From: Candidatus Saccharimonadota bacterium
GTDB taxonomy: Bacteria; Pseudomonadota; Alphaproteobacteria; Rickettsiales; Anaplasmataceae
Assembly: GCF_013365495.1 (NCBI RefSeq)
Contig: NZ_CP046580.1
Location: 210,001-242,000 of the forward strand
Direction: 5' to 3'
Length of the DNA stretch: 32,000 bases
Shown here piece after piece: positions 19,473 through 28,931 of this stretch (position 1 is the first letter of the stretch; each line of letters begins with the position of its first letter). The notes below the pieces were generated by a model. That model did no database searches, had not been told where the DNA came from, and saw only the letters and a list, made by a program, of their open reading frames with translations. The position numbers and the translations under genes were made by a program.

Positions 19473-20306
19473 TTAGTTTTCTACTTTTTCTACTTGAGCT
19501 AAATCTAATTCTATTATTGTTGGCTTACCTAAGATTGATACTTCCACATTAATAATTTTTTTTTCATCGTTAATCATATCTACTTTACCAGTAAAATTTT
19601 GAAAAAGACCATCATTAATTTTTACTTTTTCTCCTTTTTCATAGCCATAACTTAATTTTTTCTTCTCTTGGGCATTATAAAGTGCATTACACATTAAGTA
19701 AATCTCATCATTAGAAATTATCTTGGGAACATTACCATTTTTTAAAAAACCATAAACTTTAAGAGATTTTGGTATATTTTTAATAAAATTTAACACTTCG
19801 TCACACAAATTTACGTATAAAAAAACATAACCGGGAAAGCATTTTCTGCGTGTAGTAGTTTTTTTAGATCGCAATTCTGCTTCATTTAACTCTTCATATG
19901 GGATAAAAATTTCCTTAAAATAATTATTAACTCCCAATCTTATAGAATTTTCTAATATATGTTGACATACTTTTTCTTCATAATTTGAAATAACTCTTAA
20001 AATATACCATTTGTATTGATTGAATTCTTTTCGCCTTGAACTTACTTCATTATCTGAAATTTCTTTAAAATTGTCAGGTGTACTACTACAGAATTTTAAT
20101 GTTTGATTAAGCATATCTCTACTCTCATTACATAGATGCATATATATATATATTTCACATAGTTTTTGTATACTAGATTTTGAACTACATGTTGTTTGGT
20201 AAGGAATAAATACTTCTTTAAAGTAAAGAGCATTATTACTTACTAACTCACGTATATGTTTTTCATATCCGTACTTAACTTTAATGACGTGCCATTTATA
20301 TTCCAT
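19473..20306 (-). CDS. nusG: Transcription termination/antitermination factor NusG with an extra N-terminal NGN-like module
   Basis: ORF residues 101-281 form a complete NusG. The NGN part reads YKWYILRV...YFKEIFIPYEE...RKCFPGYVFLYVNLCDEV...VYGFL. The KOW part reads GEKVKINDGLFQNFTGKVDMI. Residues 5-100 repeat the NGN pattern in degenerate form. The ATG at 20306 overlaps the secE 3' end by 11 nt. The ORF-track TTG is at 20318. Confidence 0.85.
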   Translation of the reverse strand: MEYKWHVIKVKYGYEKHIRELVSNNALYFKEVFIPYQTTCSSKSSIQKLCEIYIYMHLCNESRDMLNQTLKFCSSTPDNFKEISDNEVSSRRKEFNQYKWYILRVISNYEEKVCQHILENSIRLGVNNYFKEIFIPYEELNEAELRSKKTTTRRKCFPGYVFLYVNLCDEVLNFIKNIPKSLKVYGFLKNGNVPKIISNDEIYLMCNALYNAQEKKKLSYGYEKGEKVKINDGLFQNFTGKVDMINDEKKIINVEVSILGKPTIIELDLAQVEKVEN

Positions 20307-20496
20307 AAACAATTTCAAATAAAGCTTTAATTGTGTAGAGAGATATAAAATCTACTAAACAGAAAAAAATCGAAAAGCATAATATAACACTTACTATAAC
20401 AAATAAAGATGATAGCACCTCTTGCTTTTTTGCCCAGGCAACTTTTTTTATTTCTTGTTTTGTATAGTAAAAAAAATTACTTAAACTTTTTAACAT
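20296..20496 (-). CDS. secE: Preprotein translocase subunit SecE
   Basis: 66 aa. It has a basic N-terminus (KQEIKKVAWAKKQEV) followed by one TM helix. Its position between tRNA-Trp and nusG is canonical. Confidence 0.85.
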   Translation of the reverse strand: MLKSLSNFFYYTKQEIKKVAWAKKQEVLSSLFVIVSVILCFSIFFCLVDFISLYTIKALFEIVYGI

Positions 20497-20518
20497 TTCT
20501 TTAATACAATATTAATTG

Positions 20519-20591
20519 CAGGAGAGATAGGAATTGAACCTATAACCTCTGGTTTTGGAGACCAGCGCTCTACCAATTGAGCTACACTCCT
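20519..20591 (-). tRNA. trnW: tRNA-Trp (anticodon CCA)
   Basis: The minus-strand sequence is AGGAGTG-TA-GCTC-AATTGGTA-GAGC-G-CTGGT-CTCCAAA-ACCAG-AGGTT-ATAGG-TTCAATT-CCTAT-CTCTCCT-G. This gives a cloverleaf with a CCA anticodon in a 7-nt loop and a TTCAATT T-loop. There is one U-U mismatch in the acceptor stem (6:67). The 3' CCA is not encoded. Confidence 0.9.
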
Positions 20592-20610
20592 ATAGTTATT
20601 AAAACTTCCT

Positions 20611-21783
20611 CTATTCCAAGATTTCAGAGACAATACCAGAACCGACAGTTTTACCACCTTCTCTTATTGCAAAACGTAACCCCTTATCTATTGCTACTGG
20701 TGCCTGTAATTCTACTTCTATACTTACATTATCTCCTGGCATTACCATTTCTTTCCCTTTTAGCAATTTTATGTTTCCTGTCACATCTGTAGTTCTTATA
20801 TAAAATTGTGGTTGATAATTTTCAAAAAATGGTGTATGTCTTCCTCCTTCCTCCTTTTTTAATACATATATCTCGGCCTTAAATTTTTTATGTGGTGTTA
20901 TTACATTTGGCTTTGCTAATACTTGCCCTCTCTCTACCTCCTCTCTTTTTATTCCTCTTACCAATATTCCTACATTTAATCCAGCACATCCTTTATCAAG
21001 ACATTTTTTAAACATTTCTATTCCTGTACATATTGTCTTTCGTGTCGCCTTCAAACCTACTATCTCTATCTCTTCGCCTATTTTTATTTCTCCTTTTTCT
21101 ATTCTTCCAGTAACCACCGTTCCACGCCCAGGTATTGAAAATACATCCTCAATCGGCATTAGAAATGGCAAATCCACAGGCCTTGGTGGAATTGCTACAT
21201 ATTCGTCTAATTTTTCCATTAACTTTTCTATTGATTTTTTCCCATATTCATTATCTTTATCTTCTAATGCTTTCAATGCAGATCCAATAACCATGGGAAC
21301 TTCATCACCTGGAAACTCATATTTATTTAGTAATTCCCTAATTTCCATTTCTACTAAGCCAATCATATCGTAATCAGCAACATCAGCCTTATTTATATAT
21401 ACAATGATATACTTAACATCAACTTGCTTTGCAAGTAATATATGTTCTCTTGTTTGCGGCATTGGTCCATCAACTCCAGACACTACTAATATTGCTGCAT
21501 CCATCTGTGCTGCACCTACTATCATATTTTTTACATAATCAGCATGCCCAGGACAGTCAACATGTGCATAATGTCTCTTATCTGTTTCATATTCTACGTG
21601 TGCTGTTGCTATTGTTATTCCCCTTTTTCTTTCTTCAGGTGCTTTGTCTATTTGATCATATGCTACAAAACGCCCATAGTACTTGGTTATTGCCGCTGTC
21701 AACGTAGTTTTTCCATGATCTACATGCCCTATTGTTCCTACATTTACATGTGGCTTACCAAATGCTTCTACTATCTGTGTCAT
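20611..21783 (-). CDS. tuf: Elongation factor Tu
   Basis: 390 aa with the G motifs [14 protein letters not shown] and NKAD. The rest of the sequence fits EF-Tu across its whole length. Confidence 0.97.
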   Translation of the reverse strand: MTQIVEAFGKPHVNVGTIGHVDHGKTTLTAAITKYYGRFVAYDQIDKAPEERKRGITIATAHVEYETDKRHYAHVDCPGHADYVKNMIVGAAQMDAAILVVSGVDGPMPQTREHILLAKQVDVKYIIVYINKADVADYDMIGLVEMEIRELLNKYEFPGDEVPMVIGSALKALEDKDNEYGKKSIEKLMEKLDEYVAIPPRPVDLPFLMPIEDVFSIPGRGTVVTGRIEKGEIKIGEEIEIVGLKATRKTICTGIEMFKKCLDKGCAGLNVGILVRGIKREEVERGQVLAKPNVITPHKKFKAEIYVLKKEEGGRHTPFFENYQPQFYIRTTDVTGNIKLLKGKEMVMPGDNVSIEVELQAPVAIDKGLRFAIREGGKTVGSGIVSEILE

Positions 21784-21794
21784 AATTGTTACTC

Positions 21795-23861
21795 CTAATT
21801 ATATTTTAACTCATTAACAACATATTGTGGCACTTGTTCATAATAAGAAAAATGCATACTGTATTGAGCTCTTCCTTGAGATATAGAACGTAAAACATTT
21901 ATATAACCAAACATACTTGCAAGAGGTATTAAAGCAAGAATTATAGCATTATTGTTATATGTTTCCATGCTTGAAATTTGCCCTCTTCTTCTATTTACAT
22001 TGCCTATAATATCACCCATATATTCTTCAGGTGTAATAATTTCAACTCTCATTATAGGCTCTAATATTTTTGGACCAGCTTTATTTGCCATTTCTCTAAA
22101 AGCACCCTTGGCAGCTAATTCAAAGGCCAAAGGACTTGAGTCAACTTCATGAAAAGTACCATCAATGAGAGTGGCTTTAAAATCAATAACTGGAAAACTA
22201 GAAATTATACCTCCTTCTTTTATTAATTCTAGACCATTTTGTACACCAGGAATATATTCTTTTGGAATTACACCACCTACAATTTTACTTTCAAATTGAA
22301 ACCCAGAACCTGGCTGAAGTGGTTCAAATAAGATTTTTACTCTGGCAAATTGGCCAGCACCACCTGATTGTTTTTTATGAGTGTAATCGATCTCAACAGA
22401 TTTGGTTATGGTTTCACGATATGCAACTTGAGGTGCACCAATATTAACATCAACGTTAAATTCACGTTTTACTCTGTCAGTAATGATTTCAAGATGTAAT
22501 TCTCCCATGCCTTTTAATATGGTTTGACCACTTTCTGTGTTTATTGACATCCTTAAAGAAGGATCTTCTGAAATTAATCTATTTAAAGCAATACCTAATT
22601 TTTCCTGGTCTGCAGTAGTTTTAGGTTCTACAGCAACTTCAATAACGGGTTCAGGAAATTCTATACGCTCTAATAATATAGGAAAATCATGTAAACATAA
22701 AGTGTCACCAGTAATTGTTTTTTTTAATCCGACTAAAGCAATTATATCTCCTACTTTAGCTTCGCTTATATCTTCTCTGTTGTTTGCATGCATAAGTAAC
22801 ATTCTTCCAATTCCTTCACTTTCGTTTTTTACTGCATTTAATACGGTAGATTTAGATTTTAATTTGCCAGAATAAATACGAATAAATGTTAAGCTACCCA
22901 CAAACTTATCTGTCATCACTTTAAATGCAAGAGCAACAAATTTTTCTTTTTCTGAAGGCTTAATTGTGATTTTTTTTTCTGGATCTTTAGGATCAGTTCC
23001 AATAATTTTGTCAACATCAATAGGAGAGGGTAAAAAATCAACTATACTATTTAAAAGTGGTTGTACTCCTTTATTTTTAAAAGCTGATCCGCATAGTACT
23101 GGAACAAATGCTCCTTTTATAGTTCCTTTTCTTACACATTTCTTCAGTAACTTTGTTGGTAAATCGTTAGATTCAAAGTAAATATTCATTGCTTCGTCGT
23201 CCATTCCAGCTGCAGTGTCCAGTAAAAGATCTCGATACTTTTGGGCTTTATCAAGTAAATTAAAAGGAATATCTTCATAGAAAAATTTAGCACCTAATGT
23301 TTCTTCTTCCCATATAATGGCTTTCATAGAGATGAGATCTATTATACCCTTGAAATCTTTTTCATTTCCTAGTGGAAGTTGAATTACTAAAGGTAGTGTT
23401 CCTAGCTTGTTTTTAACCATATCAACACATCGATAAAAATTTGCTCCTATTCTATCCATTTTATTAATAAAACAGATACGAGGAACGTTATATTTGTTAG
23501 CTTGTCGCCAAACAGTTTCAGATTGAGGTTCAACTCCTGCAACTCCATCAAATACAACAACTGCTCCGTCTAAAATTCTTAAAGATCTTTCAACTTCAAT
23601 AGTAAAATCAACATGTCCAGGAGTATCGATTATATTAACTTTATGACCATTCCAAAAACAAGTTGTAGCAGCAGATGTAATTGTAATACCCCGTTCCTTT
23701 TCTTGTTCCATCCAATCCATAGAGGCTGCACCATCATGTACTTCGCCAATTCTATTTTGTTTGCCAGTGTAAAATAGAATACGCTCTGTTGTAGTGGTTT
23801 TACCAGCATCGATGTGAGCCATTATACCTATATTTCTGTATTCAGATATATTAATTTCCAT
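21795..23861 (-). CDS. fusA: Elongation factor G
   Basis: 688 aa with [17 protein letters not shown] and NKMD. It occupies the canonical position in the str operon. Confidence 0.97.
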   Translation of the reverse strand: MEINISEYRNIGIMAHIDAGKTTTTERILFYTGKQNRIGEVHDGAASMDWMEQEKERGITITSAATTCFWNGHKVNIIDTPGHVDFTIEVERSLRILDGAVVVFDGVAGVEPQSETVWRQANKYNVPRICFINKMDRIGANFYRCVDMVKNKLGTLPLVIQLPLGNEKDFKGIIDLISMKAIIWEEETLGAKFFYEDIPFNLLDKAQKYRDLLLDTAAGMDDEAMNIYFESNDLPTKLLKKCVRKGTIKGAFVPVLCGSAFKNKGVQPLLNSIVDFLPSPIDVDKIIGTDPKDPEKKITIKPSEKEKFVALAFKVMTDKFVGSLTFIRIYSGKLKSKSTVLNAVKNESEGIGRMLLMHANNREDISEAKVGDIIALVGLKKTITGDTLCLHDFPILLERIEFPEPVIEVAVEPKTTADQEKLGIALNRLISEDPSLRMSINTESGQTILKGMGELHLEIITDRVKREFNVDVNIGAPQVAYRETITKSVEIDYTHKKQSGGAGQFARVKILFEPLQPGSGFQFESKIVGGVIPKEYIPGVQNGLELIKEGGIISSFPVIDFKATLIDGTFHEVDSSPLAFELAAKGAFREMANKAGPKILEPIMRVEIITPEEYMGDIIGNVNRRRGQISSMETYNNNAIILALIPLASMFGYINVLRSISQGRAQYSMHFSYYEQVPQYVVNELKYN

Positions 23862-23879
23862 ATTATTAATTAACTAGCA

Positions 23880-24359
23880 TTAAAAACTAAGATGGGAAAA
23901 AGCTTTATTAGCTTCAGCCATTTTATATTTTTCTTCATATATCTTAAATGCCCCTCCTCGTTTATTATAAGCATCTATTATTTCAGCTTGTAAACAATCA
24001 GTAGAAGTTTTTCCACTTTTTTTTCTAGCTGTAGAAACAGCTCCAGCAATCCACCTTAATGCCAAAGAAACTGCTCTGTCTTTTCTAACTTCAACAGGAA
24101 CTTGGTAAGTTGCCCCACCGATACGACGTGGACGTACTTCTATAGAAGGAGTAACGTTCTCTACTGCTGTTTTGAAAATTGATATCCCACTCTCTTTTAT
24201 TTTTTTTTCAGCTAGAGATAAAGCTTTATAAACAATTTTTTCCGCTATGGACTTTTTGCCACATTTCATAATTATATTGATAAAACGCATTAGTAGAACA
24301 CTACCATAACGCGAATCAGGACTTACTGTTCTTTTTCTTGTTTTATTTCTACGACCCAT
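23880..24359 (-). CDS. rpsG: 30S ribosomal protein S7
   Basis: 159 aa. [22 protein letters not shown] is the S7 signature block. Confidence 0.95.
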   Translation of the reverse strand: MGRRNKTRKRTVSPDSRYGSVLLMRFINIIMKCGKKSIAEKIVYKALSLAEKKIKESGISIFKTAVENVTPSIEVRPRRIGGATYQVPVEVRKDRAVSLALRWIAGAVSTARKKSGKTSTDCLQAEIIDAYNKRGGAFKIYEEKYKMAEANKAFSHLSF

Positions 24360-24365
24360 AAGATT

Positions 24366-24740
24366 TTAATTAGATTTTTTTACACCATATTTTGAACGAG
24401 CTTTTTTCCGATTTTGTACACCACGTAGATCAAGAGTACCTCTTATTATATGGTAGCGTACACCTGGTAAGTCCTTAACTCTTCCCCCTCGTATCAAGAC
24501 AACGGAATGCTCCTGTAAATTATGACCTTCACCAGGTATATAAGCTGTTACTTCGCCATACCCACTGATTCTTACTCTAGCCACTTTACGTAGTGCTGAG
24601 TTAGGTTTTCTAGGGGTTGTAGTATATACTCTAGTACAAACACCTCTTCTCTGAGGATTACCTTTTCCTAAAGCAGGTACTTTTTTCTTGCAGAGTAACT
24701 TCAATCTACCTTTACGTACTAATTGATTTATTGTAGGCAT
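24366..24740 (-). CDS. rpsL: 30S ribosomal protein S12
   Basis: 124 aa. [12 protein letters not shown]...[17 protein letters not shown]...[28 protein letters not shown] is canonical S12. Confidence 0.97.
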   Translation of the reverse strand: MPTINQLVRKGRLKLLCKKKVPALGKGNPQRRGVCTRVYTTTPRKPNSALRKVARVRISGYGEVTAYIPGEGHNLQEHSVVLIRGGRVKDLPGVRYHIIRGTLDLRGVQNRKKARSKYGVKKSN

Positions 24741-24778
24741 ATGCTAAAGCTTAAGTTTATTTAAATACTCAAGTTTTA

Positions 24779-24807
24779 ATTATAAAATAATAAATCTCAG
24801 TGGTCAA
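24779..24807 (-). promoter_or_regulatory. Candidate sigma-70-type promoter of the str / ribosomal-RNAP block
   Basis: On the minus strand, TTGACC (24807-24802), a 17-nt spacer, then TATAAT (24784-24779). The -10 ends 38 nt upstream of the rpsL ATG (24740). TATAAT-like strings are frequent in DNA this AT-rich, so this is only a sequence-based guess. Confidence 0.4.
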
Positions 24808-24987
24808 TAATAAAATAAACATTATTATTCTGATTAGAGCTTGATTATTGCAAATTACATCCGAATATTGAATTAAAATTCAAGATAGATTACTTTAGGG
24901 GGGGGACTGTGAAGAGGAAAATAACTCTTGAATTTTAGGGTTAAAAACTTCTTGGAATATTTTTTAATAATTTGAGATATAATTTTT

Positions 24988-25760
24988 CTATTTTATAATC
25001 TTAAAATTTAAGGTATTTAGATAAATGTAATTATTTTTTACGAGAATTTTATTTATAATACGTATATCAATTATGCTCCAGTTGTTAGTGATGAATCAGT
25101 TGTTGTTTTAAATAATTTTATGCTTTGTAAGGGTTATTTTGAGGTAATTTTACTATGTATCATTGATTTAGTTATGATGTTCTATCTTTATATTTTTTAC
25201 ATAAATACAAGAAGAAACATATTCTCTATTGAGTTTTTTTAAATATCTTTTGATGTATTTTAAATTTGATAATGAGTTTTGTCAATTATAACTAGGTTAT
25301 CTATTGATAATTTCTGCAATCACTTTACCTTCAAAATTAATTACTAAAGCTTTATTATCTTTTTTTTCAGAGAGCAAAAGGTTTATGTTCATCCATATTA
25401 TGGATAAAGTATTAGGTAAAGTTCTATAAATTCTTACGAATTTTATCCATTTGCTTATAGACTGTATACTATCAGCAAGCTTTGAAATTGATACATATAA
25501 TATATAATTGGTTGTGTTTTATTTATCATACTTTTAAAATATCTTTCTATTTGTAAATTTACTGCAGTGATAACTACTTTGTTAATTGAAAATCCATTAT
25601 TTAGTAATAACTTAGATAAGAGGTTATTGTACTAGTAGATAATAAAGTTGTTTTTTAATTTTATTAAGTGAATTATAAAATAATAATAGTAAGAAATAAA
25701 GAGTATTATTGTGATAAATTTGAAGTACACTTGCGTGAAAAATTGTTGACTTTTAATCAT
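24988..25760 (-). pseudogene. ftsQ: Decayed cell-division gene ftsQ (in-frame stops plus a frameshift)
   Basis: My manual minus-strand translation starts at an ATG at 25760, 22 nt after the ddl stop. It reads MIKSQQFFTQVYFKFITIILFISYYYYFIIHLIKLKNNFIIY, a short cytoplasmic tail plus TM helix, then an in-frame TAG (25634-25632). It continues ...GFSINKVVITAVNLQIERYFKSMINKTQ. After a frame change near 25500-25520 it reads NYILYVSISKLADSIQSISKWIKFVRIYRTLPNTLSIIWMNINLLLSEKKDNKALVINFEGKVIAEIINR and stops at 25299-25297. This is the FtsQ POTRA pattern (W-I-K-x-V-x-V/I-R-x-x-P-x-x-L-x-I ... LVD-x-x-G). The same frame then runs on through at least 6 further stops to ...NNWSIIDIRIINKILVKNNYIYLNTLNFKIIK* (24990-24988). 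The total of ~257 codons is full FtsQ length. Confidence 0.6.
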
Positions 25761-25782
25761 ATTGCTCAATACCTATTAAGTT

Positions 25783-26691
25783 CTAATATTTTTGAGCTGC
25801 TTCAACGATAATTTGAACTAATTCATTAAAGTCGATTCCTTTTGTTAATTTTGCAATTTTGGGCACTAGTGATAATTCAGTGAAGCCGGGATGTGTGTTA
25901 ATCTCAAGCATTTTTAAAGATCCATTTTTAGGGTTATAGCGAAAATCTGAGCGGGAGATGGTTCTACATTTTAAAAAATGATGAATTTTTAATGCATATT
26001 TTAAGGTCATTTTATATATATTGTCAGGAATTTCAGCGGGAAATATGTATTCTGCGAGCCCATTTGTATATTTTGCTTCATAATTATAAAATTTATTTTT
26101 TGGTCGTATTTCAATAGTACCAATTGCTTCGTCTAATAATACAGCGGTTTGTAGTTCTATGCCTGGAATATATTCTTCTATGATCATCTTTTCCATAATA
26201 ATAGAATTATTATTTTTTAGATTTAAATAATCCTCATACGAAAAAATTATATGCACTCCTATACTTGAACCTTCATTAATTGGTTTTAAAACATATGGGT
26301 AATTAACTTTAATATTGTTTTGTAATATATTTTCTCTACTAATTATCTTTCCTTTTGGGGTATCAATATCGAGGTAATTGAATATGTGTTTAGACATTTC
26401 TTTATTCATAGCGATAGCTGAAGCTGTGACTCCGGAATGTGTATATTTTATACCTAAGATTTCTAATAGACCTTGAATGCATCCGTCTTCACCATAGGGC
26501 CCATGTAGAGCAATAAAAGCAAGGCAAGGATTAATTTTTTTTAGCTTTTCAGCAATATTTCTATCGACGTTTACTTCTATTGTCTTGTATGAAAGACTGT
26601 TAAGTGCTTTTTTTACTGCTTTTCCGGTCATTAATGATACTGCTCTCTCATGGGAAAATCCACCAATTAAAATTGCTATGGTCGAAAGCAT
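25783..26691 (-). CDS. ddl: D-alanine--D-alanine ligase
   Basis: 302 aa. It contains IAILIGGFSHERAVSLMTG and ALHGPYGEDGCIQGLLEILGIKYTHSG, and the C-terminal half has the ATP-grasp layout expected of Ddl. Confidence 0.9.
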   Translation of the reverse strand: MLSTIAILIGGFSHERAVSLMTGKAVKKALNSLSYKTIEVNVDRNIAEKLKKINPCLAFIALHGPYGEDGCIQGLLEILGIKYTHSGVTASAIAMNKEMSKHIFNYLDIDTPKGKIISRENILQNNIKVNYPYVLKPINEGSSIGVHIIFSYEDYLNLKNNNSIIMEKMIIEEYIPGIELQTAVLLDEAIGTIEIRPKNKFYNYEAKYTNGLAEYIFPAEIPDNIYKMTLKYALKIHHFLKCRTISRSDFRYNPKNGSLKMLEINTHPGFTELSLVPKIAKLTKGIDFNELVQIIVEAAQKY

Positions 26692-27760
26692 CGTTTTTTT
26701 AAGAAAGGCTTAGTTTTAGAATAATTAAATTTATAAATTTTGTAAATAGGGTAAGTTACTTAAAAGTTTATAATTTTTTTTGTTACCATCTTTAATTTTA
26801 TGGTCTATACTATTTATAGTATAGTCATAATTGTATGTTTTATTTCTAAATAAACTTTTAGAAGCTTTTTAAGGGTGAATTAATTTTTGTGTAAATAAGT
26901 TTAAAGTATTTATAGAATGATAAAATTATAGTATATGTAATTAAGTATCTTGAATCGATTTTTAGGGGGAAATTTTAGAAGAAAGCTATAAATTTTATTT
27001 TTGTTTTTTTAAAGATAAATAAGCTATTATTTCAAATATATCTCTACTATATCGGAAAGAATTATATAAATATTAGGAGAATATGTATATAAGGTTAGTT
27101 TTTTTAGTGTAAGTTAGGTATATTTATCTAATTTTAGTGGGAGAAGATTAAAATCTGTATATTTTATTTATATAAATTTTTATATGCTTGAGAATGAGTT
27201 CAGACTTGATTCTTAGAGGGGTTTTCATGAAATTTGTTAGATTTTAGTTAAAATATGTTAAAGAGTAAATTTTGTTCTTTGAAATGTAAAAACAATTATC
27301 AGTCAAGTTTGTTTAGGAAATTTAAAATTTATTGAACTGAAGGGTTGTATATATGCTATTTTTGTAAATATATTAGAGTGATAGTTGGATACGGAAGGGA
27401 AGGATTTACCTTAAAAACAATGAATGGTTATTTATTTTAGGTGTAAGATTTGATTAAAATGTTCTTTTAAGATTGCTGACTATGTGAAAAAAACTTTTAA
27501 TCTCTCTTTAAATAGTCTCTTCTCTTTATGAGTCTCTGAATGATAAATAGGATAGGTGGAGTAGGGAAATTAAGTGAGTATAGTGTGAAATATCGCTTAA
27601 AGATATAGCTAAAATGTAAAGTAGTTAGATTGATAATTTCTTTCTGAAGATGAAAAAAGTTATTTTGATATTTAAATGATGATTGATTTATTTTAGAATG
27701 TAACTAACTTTTATACTGTTTCAAAGTAAACTTAAATTAATATAATAATTAAATTGATAG

Positions 27761-28768
27761 ATGAAGACTGTTTTAGCTATTGAAACAAGCTGTGATGAAA
27801 CTGCAGCAGTAATTATAAACAGTGCTAGGCAAGTTCTTGCTCATGAAATTTTTTCTCAAACAGAGCATAAAGGATATGGTGGAGTAATACCAGAAGTAGC
27901 ATCGCGTCTTCATATGGAGCATTTGAGTGATCTAATAAAAAGCGCTATAAATAAATCTAACCTCAGTTTTTATGATTTAGATGCAATTGCGGCAACATCG
28001 GGACCAGGACTTATAGGTGGGTTAATAGTTGGTACAATGATGGCTAAAGCAATTGCACATGTAATACAGAAGCCTTTTATTGCCGTTAATCATTTAGAAG
28101 CACATGCATTGGTTATTAGGTTACTTTATGAAGTTAAATTTCCGTTTTTAGTATTATTAATATCTGGTGGTCACTGTCAATTTTTAATTGTACGGGATGT
28201 AGGTAAATATATTAAACTTGGGGGAACATTAGATGATTCATTAGGTGAAGCATTCGATAAAATTGCTAAAGTGTTGGGTTTAGACTATCCAGGGGGGCCA
28301 TTAATAGAAAAATTAGCGCAAAGAGGTGATTGTAAGAGATTTAAACTTCCAAGGGCAATGGTGAAATATTCTGGGTGTAATTTTTCTTTTTCTGGAATTA
28401 AAACAGCAGTAAAAAATTTGGTACAAAAACTTGATATGAATGAGCAAGATATATGTGATATATGTGCTTCTTTTCAAGAATGTGTTAGTGATATACTACT
28501 TGATAGGGTGAAAAATGCGATTGTTATGGCTGAATCTTTAAATATTAAAATCAGCAATTTTGTAATTGCTGGTGGGGTTGCAGCAAATAATTTTTTAAGA
28601 AAGAAGTTAAAAAAATATATAGTTTTAAACATATTTTTTCCTCCAAGTAATCTATGTACAGATAACGCAATAATGGTTGGGTGGACAGGGATTGAAAGAT
28701 TAAAGAAAAATTATATAGATTCACTCAACTTTATGCCAAAACCAAAGTGGGAATTAGAGAATTATTGA
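27761..28768 (+). CDS. tsaD: tRNA N6-adenosine threonylcarbamoyltransferase TsaD (Gcp/Kae1 family)
   Basis: 335 aa. It contains LAIETSCDETAAVII, GPGLIGGLIVG, the VNHLEAHAL metal-binding His pair, LLISGGHCQ and IAGGVAANNFLR. Confidence 0.93.
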   Translation: MKTVLAIETSCDETAAVIINSARQVLAHEIFSQTEHKGYGGVIPEVASRLHMEHLSDLIKSAINKSNLSFYDLDAIAATSGPGLIGGLIVGTMMAKAIAHVIQKPFIAVNHLEAHALVIRLLYEVKFPFLVLLISGGHCQFLIVRDVGKYIKLGGTLDDSLGEAFDKIAKVLGLDYPGGPLIEKLAQRGDCKRFKLPRAMVKYSGCNFSFSGIKTAVKNLVQKLDMNEQDICDICASFQECVSDILLDRVKNAIVMAESLNIKISNFVIAGGVAANNFLRKKLKKYIVLNIFFPPSNLCTDNAIMVGWTGIERLKKNYIDSLNFMPKPKWELENY

Positions 28769-28931
28769 AAGTTTTCAGCTCTAAATTTAGATGATAGGAA
28801 TGATTTTTATTTAATTATCGTTGTGCATGTATATTTAATGTTTTATTAATTTAAGGTTAACCAGAGTATATTAATATTGGTAATATGAGGTTATATTTAT
28901 ATATAGTATCTGGTTAAATTGAAAGAAGATT

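Noticed and set aside
20577-23181. Plus-strand ORFs antisense to tuf and fusA (20577-20792, 21429-21707, 21544-21798, 21952-22152, 22262-22447, 22537-22875, 22966-23181). The first also overlaps tRNA-Trp.
   Set aside because: They lie opposite two of the most conserved genes in bacteria. The pyrimidine-rich plus strand depletes stop codons. No protein features are present.
27500-27703. 68-codon stop-free stretch on the minus strand in the ddl-tsaD spacer (...FKRYFTLYSLNFPTPPILFIIQRLIKRRDYLKRD).
   Set aside because: It contains no ATG, GTG or TTG start codon and its sequence is unrecognisable. It is explained by the purine-rich plus strand being poor in TTA/CTA/TCA.
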